DNA of 64,000 bases from Felis catus (taxonomy: Eukaryota): positions 183,274,001-183,338,000 of the forward strand of contig NC_058368.1 of the NCBI RefSeq assembly GCF_018350175.1. Reading direction: 5' to 3'. Every line of letters starts with the position of its first letter. Positions within the stretch are counted from its first letter, which is position 1. This document shows positions 50,313 through 62,403 of the stretch, piece by piece. A program made the translations under genes and the position numbers. The notes beneath the pieces are model-generated. The model was not told the origin of the DNA, made no database searches, and worked only from the letters and a program-made list of their open reading frames with translations.

Positions 50313-50538
50313 TTTTTAAGTTTTTTTTTTTTAACGTTTATTTATTTTTGGGACAGAGAGAGACAGAGCATGAATGGGGGAGGGGCAGAGAGAGAGAGAG
50401 GGAGACACAGAATCGGAAACAGGCTCCAGGCTCTGAGCCATCAGCCCAGAGCCTGACGCGGGGCTCAAACTCACGGACCGCGAGATCGTGACCTGAGCTG
50501 AGGTCGGACACTTAACCGACTGAGCCACCCAGGCGCCC
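50313..50538 (-). mobile_element. Young SINEC_Fc
   Basis: Perfect TSD cataagtcccttgatttt at 50295-50312 and 50539-50556. Confidence 0.97.
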
Positions 50539-50930
50539 CATAAGTCCCTTGATTTTAACAAGCCTATCATTTTTATTAAGTGTTATTTCCTATTTAGCAA
50601 CTGTATTTTATTTCAATTCTTTTCTCTTCTCTTAATTTCCACCTTTAAAAAAAAAATGTGTTCTAAACAAAAATCTACCCCAAGTGTCATGACAGACTTG
50701 CAGTTATGCTTTACTTCTACATCACCACCTCCCTACCCCCACATACATATACACATTTATAACAGAGTTAGTTAAATTCTTCCATTGTAAACTATCAGAA
50801 AACAGAGGTTGACAGTATTCTACATTACAACCTTTTGGGAATGAAGTCCTTTTAATTATCTTAGTTTAAGATGAATCTGCCACAGATGATTTATTTTTTA
50901 CAAAGTTATTTATACCATCATTTATACCAC

Positions 50931-51133
50931 TTTTTAAAATTTTTAGTATTTATTTATTTTTGATAGAGGGAGAGCATGAGCAGGGAGGGGCAGAGAGATG
51001 GGGAGACAGAGGATCTGAAGCAGGCTCCGCGCTGACAGCAGCAAGCCCAATGTAGGGCTGAAACTCATGAACTACAAGATCATCACCTGAACAGCAGTCA
51101 GAAAGTCAACTGACTAAGCCACCCAGGTGTCCC
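50931..51133 (-). mobile_element. CanSINE, older
   Basis: Reverse consensus; short TSD tatacca. Confidence 0.9.
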
Positions 51134-51164
51134 TATACCATGAAACTTCTGATTGGTTGGTTTT

Positions 51165-51167
<3 letters not shown>

Positions 51168-51221
<54 letters not shown>

Positions 51222-51312
51222 CGTATATATACATATATATATACGTATATATACATATATATGTATATATACATATATACATATATATATATATATACGT
51301 ATATATATATAT
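51168..51312. repeat. Long (TA)n array with CA/CG/TG interruptions
   Basis: Directly visible. Confidence 0.95.
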
Positions 51313-51623
51313 TCATTCCATGGCCACATGTTTCAACACGAAGAAATTCATGTTTTTATACCTAGGGGCAGACATTATCCCTTTAGGTCTTACGGTCATC
51401 ATGTCAGTTGTAATTTATTCACCATTACCACTTTCAAAAATAGGTCTTCAAATCACCAGGTGATACCAATTCTAGAGTTTTGTGACATATTAATTCCTGT
51501 TACTTCAGTTACGTGTTATATCAATTATATATTTGTACTGACTTAAAAAAACAGAATAAATTTTCTGTATTTGTTATCTTCCTGGGGAATTCTTTTGGGC
51601 ATGGGCGAACATGAAAATGAATA

Positions 51624-51639
51624 CCACTAGATGTCAGTA
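51624..51639 (+). promoter_or_regulatory. CTCF-like motif
   Basis: CCACTAGATGTCAGTA in sequence that does not look repetitive. Confidence 0.45.
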
Positions 51640-52779
51640 TAAACAGACCATTCTTTCTGATGCAGATTTATTTTCTTGCATTTCCAGATTTCCTGGACTG
51701 TTTGGAAGAAATTCTTTCTGGCAGTATTGATTCCATCTAATCCCTTGTTTGCTTAGTCAAAGGTTGCTAACTGCTAAATTTACATCCTTTCTTGTGTCCC
51801 TTTGCAAATCTGCAAAACAGTTTTCTTTAAAGAAAAATCACAGCATAGGGATTTCAAAATTGTCACCATTTTATTAATTAGGTGATGGTGTCATGCCGAG
51901 CCAGTCAGCTTATTATTCCTTAAGAAAGATCTTGTAGTGAGTTTGTGTCTCATTAGAGAACTGGAGGAGCAGACAGATTAATGCACATATGCTACAACAT
52001 TAATTAGACAGTCAGGTTTTTCACAGGATAGATAATTTGATTGTGACAATGGCAGCAGCAATTAATCGAGTCTCTTTCAGAAAGCATTTAAGGGGCTTGA
52101 GTTGAGGAGAAAGCCCACTATGATTTGCCCAAGTTAAATGTAGAAGGGGCGCTAAAATTATAGGATCATCAATGTAGAAAGGCTTTAAAGGTTTTCTAGT
52201 TTGTCTAGATTTCTTGTCCATTCTTCCATCCGATGCAGAATTTTCTTCTATAGAACCCCTGAGCAATGGTCTTTAAGAATATGTAATCTGTGGCTCAGTG
52301 GGGGTTGCGACAATTATATTACAATTATATTTCTTTGCCCAAATCCACTTAATGCATTTTGGTCAAGAAAGGGATAGACTACTGAACTATCTGGCAGATT
52401 CTGTGCCACATGAGTTTTTAAAAATCAGGTCTCCTCAAATCAATTTACACAAACCAATGCTTAATTAGGAATATCAGCAATCAACTACTAAAATGTTCTT
52501 AATAATAGACTGATGGAGTCAGAATAACAGGAGAGATTGAGTAGTCAAACTTCCTTGTTAGCTGACATTTAAAAATTCACATTTAAAAAATGACCTTTAG
52601 CAGACGAGATGATGATGCAAATGAAATCTATATTTAGGGAGGGGTGAAAACAGCATCTAATTTGTAGTGATTATATATTCCATTCTACCTGAGGAAATTC
52701 TGCTTAAGTTTGTCTAAATGCTCTTTAGAACTATCTCTCCCTCCCTCTCTGTGTCTCTCCTTTCTTCTCTCCTTCTCTC

Positions 52780-53078
52780 TCTACAATGAGAAGGCAAGGG
52801 CATGGAGAGACCACGGGGAGTCATTCGAATCAGCAACTGAGCCAGCAGAGGACAGCCAGCACCAGCTGTTAATCACATGATGAATAACCTTAGACAAAAG
52901 GTCCAGTCAAGCCTTCAATGTCCCCAACCTCAGATTCCATTTGACTGAAAAGACCCTAACCTCGAACTACTCAAATGAGCCCACTCAATTTACAGAACCA
53001 TGAGAGATGGTGATCAATTGTTGCTTTAAGCTGCTAAATTATGGGTTGGTTTGTTATGTAGCAGTAGGTAACTGGAAA
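52780..53078 (+). mobile_element. MaLR LTR (MLT1G/H-like) 3' part
   Basis: ccagtcaagccttca...cagaaccatgagagat...ttgttgctttaagctgctaaattatgggttggtttgttatgtagcagtaggtaactgga. Confidence 0.75.
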
Positions 53079-53533
53079 GTTAGGCAATTTTTTTTTGAAT
53101 GAAAAGAGATGAAATTTGCAAGAACCTCCATGGACAGATAACTTGAAAGAAGGCTTTTGATCTCTTCGCTTAAGTTTGTGGTTAGCAGCACCTTCTTTCT
53201 CAAAATTTCAGGTGGAATTCTCTTTTTATTAAATATGAGCTATGGCTTAATTTTTTCTTCTTCATTTGTCATCACCAACTTCTTTTACTTTCATCCATTA
53301 TCATTTTCAAAAGTTGGTGCGCTTTTATTTCAGTACTGAATAGCATTAGACAGACATATGACTAATGCGGTATTTGAGCATGCATACACCACTTAAAAAT
53401 GAACTTCAGGTCATCTTGTGTGAATGTGTGTGTCAAAGGAGGCTGAGCAGCAAAGGGATTACAATTTGTCAAACAATGTATAGTGGCACAGTGCTCCATC
53501 CCATCTCTGGGATAGTTACTAGATACTTCTTTC

Positions 53534-53650
53534 CAATAGTGACTCTCAAACCTGAGTGTGCACCCAAAACACCTAGAGATCTGTGAACATGTAGATTTTG
53601 AGCTAGTAGGACTGCATTTGGGCCTGAGATTCTAAAGTTCTAATAAACCT
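53534..53650. mobile_element. MER5A1-like fragment
   Basis: tagtgactctcaaacctgagtgtgca...gggcctgagattct. Confidence 0.55.
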
Positions 53651-54669
53651 TGAAGAGAGCAAACAAAATGAATAGCGAGATTCTACGAAGTGTCAGTTTT
53701 CTATACTCCTTCTTCTATACACCTTCTATACACCATCCTCCTTCTCTGTAAACATAATCACACGAAGCTCAGGCAGGGAATATCACTTATATGCACGTCA
53801 GAAGAAAAAAAAAGTATTAAGGAAATAAGTAACTTAATTTTCTTCTAAAGCTTTTGTTCCTCCTCTGCCCACACGCATACTTTTCTCCTCCCGAAGTACC
53901 CTCAATTACCTCCTTGCCCCTGTACTTTCTGTGCTAAGATTTGTTCTTATCACAGTAAGAACCATGTACAAATTCTGAATATGAACCAGAGAATGACATT
54001 TATTTTGAACAGGTACTGGCGCTAGTACTGTGAACAACCTGTGACAAACTTTGGCGTTGGAGTGGGAGTGGCATGTGTTACTGCATTACCTGATTGCTGT
54101 TTACCTATCTGCATGTTGAATTTTTTCCCCAAATATATCCCACATTTCCCCATCCTCTTAATCCTTTTCCAATTGCACTCTGAACCAAACTATCATCATC
54201 ATTCCTCTCCATTCCTAAAAGCAGCCTCCTTACCAGTCAGTCTCTATCTGTTCTTCCCTGATAGCAAGTTCATTCTTCACACTAAAGTTTGGCTTCCAGT
54301 TCTCTTAAGATACAGGCAAGGTTTCTTTATGTGGCTCACAAGACCCTGAATAATCAAATTTGGGGTCTGCATGTCTTTATATGCCTGTTTTCTTTCTTCA
54401 GCTTCATATTTTTAATTTTCACCACTGATATTCTACCTCTAGCCAGAGTCTCTGGCAGGCAGTATTCTCTGCCCAGAATGTTTTCACCCTGGCCTTCTCC
54501 ACTTAACTAATTACTACGTTTTCTTCCTATCTCAGGTAGCTCACTATCGTCCAAGCTCATTCTCTCAAGGAAACATCACCTGTATATCAGTGTGTCTTCC
54601 CTATTCTAATCTCTTAATCACTATCACCCCACTGTCCTTACCAATAATAACATAAAGCTATGATTTTAT

Positions 54670-54890
54670 TTTCTTTTTATTTTTTTTAACGTTTATTTAT
54701 TTTTGAGACAGAGAGAGACACAGCATGAATGGGGGAGGGGCAGAGAGAGAGGGAAACACAGAATCGGAAGCAGGCTCCAGACTCTGAGCCATCGGCCCAG
54801 AGCCGGACGCGGGGCTCGAACTCGCAGACCGCGAGATCGTGACCTGAGCTGAAGTCGGACGCTTAACCGACTGAGCCCCCCAGGCGCCCC
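54670..54890 (-). mobile_element. Young SINEC_Fc
   Basis: Perfect TSD aaagctatgattttat at 54654-54669 and 54891-54906; CpGs intact. Confidence 0.97.
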
Positions 54891-55007
54891 AAAGCTATGA
54901 TTTTATATTTATGTATGTCATTCTTTTTTACTTAAGTGAAGATTTCAGAGATTTTTGTTTGGTTTAAAACTATGTAGTATCCCCAGGTCTTTGCATTGTG
55001 CCTGGAA

Positions 55008-55008
<1 letters not shown>

Positions 55009-55045
<37 letters not shown>
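55009..55045. repeat. (AAC)n microsatellite
   Basis: Directly visible. Confidence 0.95.
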
Positions 55046-56341
55046 GTGGCTCAGTAAATGCTTATTGAAGGAATGAAACATTCTAAGCTACCCATTCTAA
55101 TGTGCCATTGTCATATTTGTTTTGTTCTGATCCATCCTTGTCTCTTGTGTAGCTTCATTTCCTATTTTAGAGAAAAAAGCATAACAAAGCATCACTATTT
55201 ATGTTAGGTGATATCTTGGTACATGGTCTTTGGGAAAAAAAAATCACTTCTCCAATTTTAAGTCATTTGAAAAGGGCAGGTCCTATTTTACTAGTGGTTT
55301 CTGTGTTTGTATAACTACACCATCCTCTCCTAGTCCCACTTCTCCGGATTTAGGTCTGTAGCTCTCTCTCCCAAATCTATGCTTAATGATTCTCCTACAG
55401 TTCCAGTTGCAACCTTTACTTTTAAGAACCTGCTCATGCCTCTGGTCCTGGTGCTGCAAGTAAGCAGATCAATCCTAGCATTTCTTGTGATTTAGCATTA
55501 GTGCTTTCCAAATGCAAAACAGAAAGGAGATCTTTATCTCCACAATGGAAGTTTTGTCATTGTGGTGGTTGTTTATTAATTTATCTTTTTTTTTTAATTT
55601 GTTTGTTTGGGGCAGGAAACGAAATCGACATGAATCAACACTATTGAGAGATTGCAAACAGAATGTCAAAAAGCCTAAAGTTTCCACGTACCCTAATGAT
55701 GCCCTGTTTCTTTCCTCATTTCTAAGCTGCAGACTAGCAACAATTGGTCAGCAGGATCCTCTTGGCCTAAGGCTTTTCTCTCCCTGGGTCTCTCTGGCCA
55801 GGCAAAGCCAGTGAAATATTCCTGATCAAGCATTTACAGTTCACATGAATTTCACCTCAAGCAAAGAAATGGAACCCACATTAACTAGCTGAATTTAGGT
55901 GTAGCTGAGTACATGGTGGGGGACTTTTTTATGGCTAACAATCCTTTCAAGTTAACACTTCATCACAACAGGATTAGATCTGCTCTTCACAAACTCTATG
56001 CACCTGGGTATACACATCTCATTCTAATTTTGCACATTTCAGATCAGCAACCCATCTGACAACACAGTAGGCATCATATGTTTAAGAACAGCACTTGCAG
56101 CTAAAAAAGCAATCATATTCAAGGTCAAGTTGAATTGTGAAAAGAGTATTGTGTAAAGTAGTTAAGTAGATGTTGTCCAGATGCTGGCCAAAATGTGCCT
56201 TCTTATTCTGAGAATTACTTGGTTAATTCTTTTTTGAGCTCTAAATCTATTACCAAATCATCAAAAGTGTACTTTTGATAAGAGAATTCCATTTTGATGA
56301 ATGTAGGATGGGGTGCTCACCTTTCTCTCTCAGTGGTGCTT

Positions 56342-56342
<1 letters not shown>

Positions 56343-56372
<30 letters not shown>
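56343..56372. repeat. (CT)n microsatellite
   Basis: Directly visible. Confidence 0.95.
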
Positions 56373-56373
<1 letters not shown>

Positions 56374-56466
56374 AATGATACATATAATCTGAAGAGTGAG
56401 AGCCTAAACAGGAGAGAATATAAATTCACAGGCTAAGAACTATTTTTTTAAAAGTCAGGAATTATA

Positions 56467-56675
56467 GGGGCGCCTGGGTGGCTCAGTCGGTTAAGCGTCC
56501 GACTTCAGCTCAGGTCACAATCTCGAGGTCCGTGGGTTCGAGCCTCGCGTCGGGCTCTGGGCTGATAGCTCAGAGCCTGGAGCCTGCTTCCGATTCTGTA
56601 TCTCCCTCTCTCTCTGCCCCTCCCCCGTTCATGCTCTGTCTCTCTCTGTCTCAAAAATAAATAAACGTTAAAAAA
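56467..56675 (+). mobile_element. Young SINEC_Fc
   Basis: Perfect TSD aaaagtcaggaattata at 56450-56466 and 56676-56692. Confidence 0.97.
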
Positions 56676-57367
56676 AAAAGTCAGGAATTATAAACTTAAT
56701 TTCCTTTACTATGTATTTTATCTCTGAATTCCTGACGGAATGAAGTATATAAACATTTTTGTAAAAGAATTTGCTGAGCAGATTCTACATAATTCATACA
56801 GACTGGGAGAAAACCACACTCACAAATATATTAAAATTAATAATCTTCAGTAGCAAAAATTACAAATAAGCTTAATCATACTATATTAAAGAATCAAATA
56901 TCTAAGCAAGGAATACTAAACATAATTAATTATATCCTAAAACATCCTAACATATATGTATGTTATTTTAAACATAAATATTAATATTACCTGATTATAT
57001 AATGTAAAGATAGAATTCAAAGTGGGCCCAGGCAAATTATTTTTTTAATATCTTAACACTGGACTGTGCTACCCAAAATAAAATAACTACAAAGATCAAT
57101 TTTAAAAGGAAATTACCTTGTGTTGAGTTGAACAGAATGATGGAATTGAGATAACACTTATGAACACTTAGGTAAGTGCATAACAACAATAATCAGAATA
57201 ATAATTCATAAAAGAATACTGTAGCTTTACTGCAGTCAACCTAGACTTGCAGTAGTTAATTAGGTCTGAATTTCATACTTTAATATTAGAAGGTTCTCAG
57301 TTTTTATTAGTAAAGATAGTAAAGAAAACAAATGAAGAATGATGAAGAAAGGAACTGGGAGTATTTC

Positions 57368-57584
57368 TCTCTTTTTAAGTGTTTTTTTTTTCTTTTTTTT
57401 ATTAATTTTGAGAGAGAGAGAGAGCACATGATCTGGGGAGGGGCAGAGAGAGAGAGTGAGAAAGAGAATATCCTAAGCAGATTCCACACTGTCAGTGCAC
57501 AGCCTGATGTGGGGCTCAAACTCACAAGCCATGAAATCATGACTTGAGCCAAATGCTTAACCAACTGAGCCACCCAGGCACTCC
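57368..57584 (-). mobile_element. CanSINE
   Basis: TSD ggaactgggagta(t/c)ttc at 57351-57367 and 57587-57603. Confidence 0.95.
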
Positions 57585-58253
57585 ATGGAACTGGGAGTAC
57601 TTCAATGAAAGAGGCCAAAATGAAGAAAGGCAGCTGAAAAGCAGAGTAGAGAGCTGTTACTACAGCTATCCTACAATAATTCACAGTATCTAATCTAGAG
57701 GCTTGAGTTTTAATGGTCATTCAAGGACAAGAGACAGGGGCTTTGATCTGGGTGTGGATGTGGTGTGAGCTTCAACAAAACAAACAAAATGAAAATAACA
57801 GTGAAAAATAATAAAACAGTGCTAGCCAAGAGAGGCGCTAAGGAAAATCTCCTGCTCTGACCTTGGCTGTGGGCGGGGAAAAAAAAAGGATTCCCCTTAA
57901 AAATTTGTGAGCCTTTACTCACAAGCTTTGCTGTTCCAATCCTTATACTTGCATTTTTCCTAAGCTAGTAGCTTTCCTTTATCTAGAGAAATGCATCATC
58001 AAAAATAAATTACATGATTTACACAGCACGCCCCACCAAATTTGGAATTACAAAGCATATTGGTAGATTAAGCAGTCATAAATGTCAATAGGCAGGACTA
58101 AAAAAGATCACCTAAAAGATCAAATGGGTGAATCAGAACTCAGAAGCTACACTATCAAAGCACCAGACAGACTGGGAAAGGAGAGTGGATTATCTGTACA
58201 TGGCCAGTAACTCTCATGGCAGGTAGTTTTATAGAACAAGAACCAACAGATGC

Positions 58254-58792
58254 TGTTAGAAGGTGAGAGGCAGAAAATATCCCCCAAACTGAGAAGGCAC
58301 TTTAGATCAGAAAATGAAGCAGGCCACTCCATACAGTTTTCATGGGGTTTTATTCAGGGTAACACTGATGGGAGTAGAGGGTGGGGTGGGGATCAGGCAG
58401 AGGATGATCTACAGCAGGTGTACAGTTATTCTCCACCAAATCCAGACTTAAGTCCGCAAATTTTATAGAGCAAAGGGACACACAGAAGGACAGCTTAATA
58501 ATATCAAAGGGTTCACATGCACCTCAAAGGCTTTCGTGTACCTAACAGACAGCTAACCTTTAGTTAGATTTTGTGGCGGTTGTGCATTACGAAGGGGGAA
58601 GACTACGTTATCTCTAACAGATTCACGGGAGGCCAAAGAAGCCTCCTTCCATCCCCGCCTCAGCAGCTATTTCTAAGGTATGTATGTTAATCTCCAATTG
58701 GCCTTGGGACACAACACCCCAAGAGAGGTCGCTGATCAACATTAGCAAGAGGAAGGGCCAAGGATGGGGTCGATATTTTCAGCCCTCCTACA
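58254..58792 (-). mobile_element. Solo LTR (539 bp), family not recognised
   Basis: TG...CA ends; sub-terminal inverted gaaaatatc/gatattttc; 5-bp TSD gatgc/gatgt; minus-strand TATAAAA (58461-58467) upstream of AATAAA (58349-58354). Confidence 0.8.
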
Positions 58793-59114
58793 GATGTGCG
58801 CCACGTATGTAGACATTCTAACACAGAAATATTGAGCTGTTTGTCTGCTTTGATACAGTCAAAATGGATGCATCAAAATGTAAAATCATTGTTCTCTCTC
58901 TTTTTTAACCATGAAATCTGTGCAAAAGATAAACCTGACCTATATCTTATTTCTTATCCTTACCCAACCCTTACTATAATCATATATGTTTGTGAATGCT
59001 TACTATTGATACTACTAAGTCAAGCTGACAGGGATAGTAACAGAAAAACTGAATATCTTTACCCTAATTTTACCATGTACTAGAGGTTATTTATTCAAGT
59101 GTTTGCCCATGATC

Positions 59115-59151
59115 AAAAAAAAAATAAAAAAGAAAAGAAAAAGAAAAAGAA

Positions 59152-59198
<47 letters not shown>

Positions 59199-59207
59199 CA
59201 AGCAAGC
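59115..59207. repeat. (GAAA)n microsatellite with A-run
   Basis: Directly visible. Confidence 0.95.
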
Positions 59208-59263
59208 TCAACCAGTATATTTGCCTTGTCCTATGAAACATTTTTATCTATGTCCTATGAAAC

Positions 59264-59560
59264 ATAAAGGAGGTATGCTTATCACATTTTCAGGTGACCT
59301 CAGTCTAGAAGGGTAAGTTAATATGACAGCTGATAGAATCAAGATCTGAAACAACTCAACAAGCAGGAATGGCAAGGGAAAACCAGAAGGATAAAATTTA
59401 TAGAAATAAATCTAAATCATGTGATTATGTTTAAAAAGCAGAGTGAAACATATCATAAGAAAGAGAAGTCTAGCCTATTAGTCTGCTGTTTTAAAATTGG
59501 ACAATTTTATTTGACTACACTCCATGATTCAACAATTTATAGTGATGATTTAAAGTTCCC
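59264..59560 (+). mobile_element. L3/CR1 LINE reverse-transcriptase fragment
   Basis: MLITFSGDLSLEG*VNMTADRIKI aligns to CR1 MLIKFADDTKLGG.ANT..DRI.IQ, followed by a decayed KFN..K.K segment. Confidence 0.7.
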
Positions 59561-59649
59561 AATTCAAAAAATTACTAAAAGATGGCACAGAGAGCAGTAG
59601 TTATCTCTCCACCCCACACCCCGTCACCAGCTTCTATTTACCTTATTTT

Positions 59650-59990
59650 CTTAAAATCTTTTTTAAAATTTAAATTCCAGTTCATTCACATACAGTGTAA
59701 TATTAGTTTCAGGTGTACAATTTAGTGATTCAACAGTTATGTACAACACCTGGTGTTTATCACAAGTGCACGCCTTAATCCCCATCACCTATTTCACCCA
59801 CCCACCTCTCATGCCCCCTCTGGTAACCATCAGTTTGTTCTCTATAGTTAAGAGCCTGTTTCTTGGTTTGCCATTTTTCACCCTATGATTATTTCTTTTG
59901 TTTCTTAAATTCCACATATGAGTGTAATCATATGGCATTTGTCTTTCTCTGACTTATTTCACTTAGCATGATACTCTCTACCTCCATCCA
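59650..59990 (-). mobile_element. Carnivore L1 (L1_Carn-like) 3' end
   Basis: tattagtttcaggtgtacaatttagtgattcaac...ctggtaaccatcagtttgttctctatagttaagag...gacttatttcacttagcat. Confidence 0.92.
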
Positions 59991-60089
59991 CCTCACTGAA
60001 AATAGACCTTCTTCATTCTCAACAGTCTCTGAATTATCTTTGCAAAACACCTTCTCTCTCAACCACTGTTACCAGCCATATGGCTTAGA

Positions 60090-60570
60090 TATAGTTGAAA
60101 CTACCCTCCGTTCCAGGCTCATGCCAATCAGCATGTTCTCAACATATAACTAGTTCAGGGACAGACTAATATTCTAAACAGGCTCATGTGATGTGACATG
60201 AGCATATATTTGTTGAGGTTTTCTATAAGGGAAACTTTTCACTTTCTCTTTTAAACTTTTCTTATCAGAAACGATTATGAAAGATGTAAAATGAGACTAT
60301 GAAACCTGGACTCTACCACATGAAGGAAAGCCTTGAAAAGCAGGGCCAATGGAACACGATGTAGAGGTTAGTGTAGAAGCCAACACCACTGCAATCAAAG
60401 CAGAAAGAACCAGATTCCAGCCTACTTAATTGAGTTGATGACTGACTCAAAGTGTGTCTGAAATCATTTTGATTTTTTTAAATTTTTCAGCTATGTAAAT
60501 CAATTAATTATCTTTAAGTCAGAGTAAGTTAAATTTTTCATTATTTATAACCTGAGAGTCATAGCCAAAT
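60090..60570 (+). mobile_element. Old MaLR LTR (MLT1K/L-like)
   Basis: gccaatcagcatg...agaagccaacac...ttttcagctatgtaaatcaat. Confidence 0.45.
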
Positions 60571-61143
60571 AGAGAAAAGTCTGTGGCCTAACGATTTGTC
60601 TACTTATCAGGAGCAAACATGCAGTTAGCACTCAAACATTTTTTTATTGAATAATTAGGTTAAAAGGGACTTAATGAAAAATATAATGAAAGTTTAAGTT
60701 AAAAGTATATAAATATATGGAAATACAGTAAAGAGTGTTTAATTCAGAGCATTACATTTAAATACTCTTAAGAACATGAGACAAAAAGACAAAAAAATTC
60801 TAATTTATCTTCTGTCCTATAGAAACTATGAGACAGTCAGTAAATTGTTTGTTTCATTAATTGTAATTTTAATATTTGAGATGGAGCTCCTGAAACTTTT
60901 CTTATCATCCTTGTTATAGCATTGCAAGGATTGTACATCGTGAATTATACAGCTGTGAAAATTGTACAGGTTAAGCTTTTTGGCAATATGGCAGATGGAA
61001 AATGGACAAATTGTTTCATTAAGAACAACTAAAATTACTGAATAAGTCCTTCTCAATCACAAGATTCATTGTGAAGAATTTTAAGTGACTGAGTGAAGAT
61101 AGGAACTTAGAAAGTAACTTCAAGAGTTAATTATCATAGTTGT

Positions 61144-61342
61144 GGGGTGCCTGGGTGACAGTCAGTTGAGTGTGCAACTTTGGCTCAGATCATGATCTCG
61201 CAGTTCACGAGTTCAAGTCCTATGTCAGGCTCTGTGCTGACAGCTCAGAGCTTGGAGCCTGCTTCAGATTCTCTGTCTCCCTCTCTCTCTGCCCTCTCCT
61301 GCTTGCTCTTCTCTCTCAAAAGTAAATACACATTAAGAAAAA
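61144..61342 (+). mobile_element. CanSINE (SINEC_Fc-type)
   Basis: Diverged TSD aagagtta...ttgt at 61122-61143 and 61343-61364. Confidence 0.95.
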
Positions 61343-61787
61343 AAGAGTTAGGTGTCACGGTTGTATGGAATTTACAGGACATAAACTTTACAGACAAAGC
61401 CATAACTAAACAAGGTAGAGAAACCTATGAGAAACATCCAACCATGAATTTTGGATGCTCCCTCCAAAACCGGTTAAATGCTCAACATAAATATGCAATG
61501 TAACAGAATGATTTCTAAGGACTGATAGTGGAGTAAAAGCAAACATTTAATAATGGTTTTAAATCTAGCAACCCTTACTGAATAATCTATTGATTCTTTT
61601 GAATATTCTAAATAAGCAGTCATTTGAAGATAATTCCAGTTTTCTTTCTTCATTTATAATCTTCTTATAGTTTATTCATTTCATGCATTATTACATCATT
61701 AAGACCTTCAATAAAATGTTGAATCTAAGTGCTAAATCTAAGTGTTAAATGCTCTTGACTTTTCCCTATGTTTAAGATACACTTACT

Positions 61788-62011
61788 GGGGGGCCTGGGT
61801 GGCGCAGTCGGTTAAGCGTCCGACTTCAGCTCAGGTCACGATCTCGCGGTCCCTGAGTTCGAGCCCCGCGTCAGGCTCTGGCCTGATGGCTCAGAGCCTG
61901 GAGCCTGTTTCCCATTCTGTGTCTCCCTCTCTCTCTGCCCCTCCCCCGTTCATGCTCTGTCTCTCTCTGTCCCAAAAATAAATAAACGTTGAAAAAAAAA
62001 TTAAAAAAAAA
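61788..62011 (+). mobile_element. Young SINEC_Fc
   Basis: Perfect TSD taagatacacttactg at 61773-61788 and 62012-62027. Confidence 0.97.
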
Positions 62012-62193
62012 TAAGATACACTTACTGCACTAAAATAACAAAACAATTATAGAGAAATAATTTTAAAAAGGCAGTGATAGAATCATAAAAATACTGAATT
62101 AATCCAGAAAAGGGTGAAAAAAGAAAGAACAAATAACAACAGGGACTAGTGAAAAATAAACAGTTTGATGACACATTTAAACCTAAACATGTC

Positions 62194-62403
62194 GGGGCGC
62201 CTGGGTGGCTCAGTCGGTTAAGCGGCCGACTTCAGCTCAGGTCATGATCTCGCGGTCCGTGAGTTCGAGCCCCGTGTCCGACTCTATGCTGACAGCTGAG
62301 AGCCTGGAGCCTGTTTCAGATTCTCTGTCTCCCTCTCTCTCTGCCCCTCCCCTGTTCATGCTCTGTCTCTCTCTGTCTTAAAAATAAATAAGCGTTAAAA
62401 AAA
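62194..62403 (+). mobile_element. Young SINEC_Fc
   Basis: TSD atttaaacctaaacatg(t/c)c at 62175-62193 and 62404-62422. Confidence 0.97.

Larger units (their letters stand above)
54090..55077 (+). mobile_element. L2 3' region, interrupted by a SINE and (AAC)n
   Basis: gtatccccagg...attgtgcctgg...gctcagtaaatgcttattgaaggaatgaa. Confidence 0.6.

Noticed and set aside
57330..57700. Purine-rich KNDEERNWEYFNERGQNEERQ frame restored by removing the SINE
   Set aside because: Short, ends in a stop, no homology recognised; flank looks like decayed L2
57822..57841. CTCF-like gccaagagaggcgcta (also 24730-24743 and 52138-52153)
   Set aside because: Several mismatches or wrong spacing in the core
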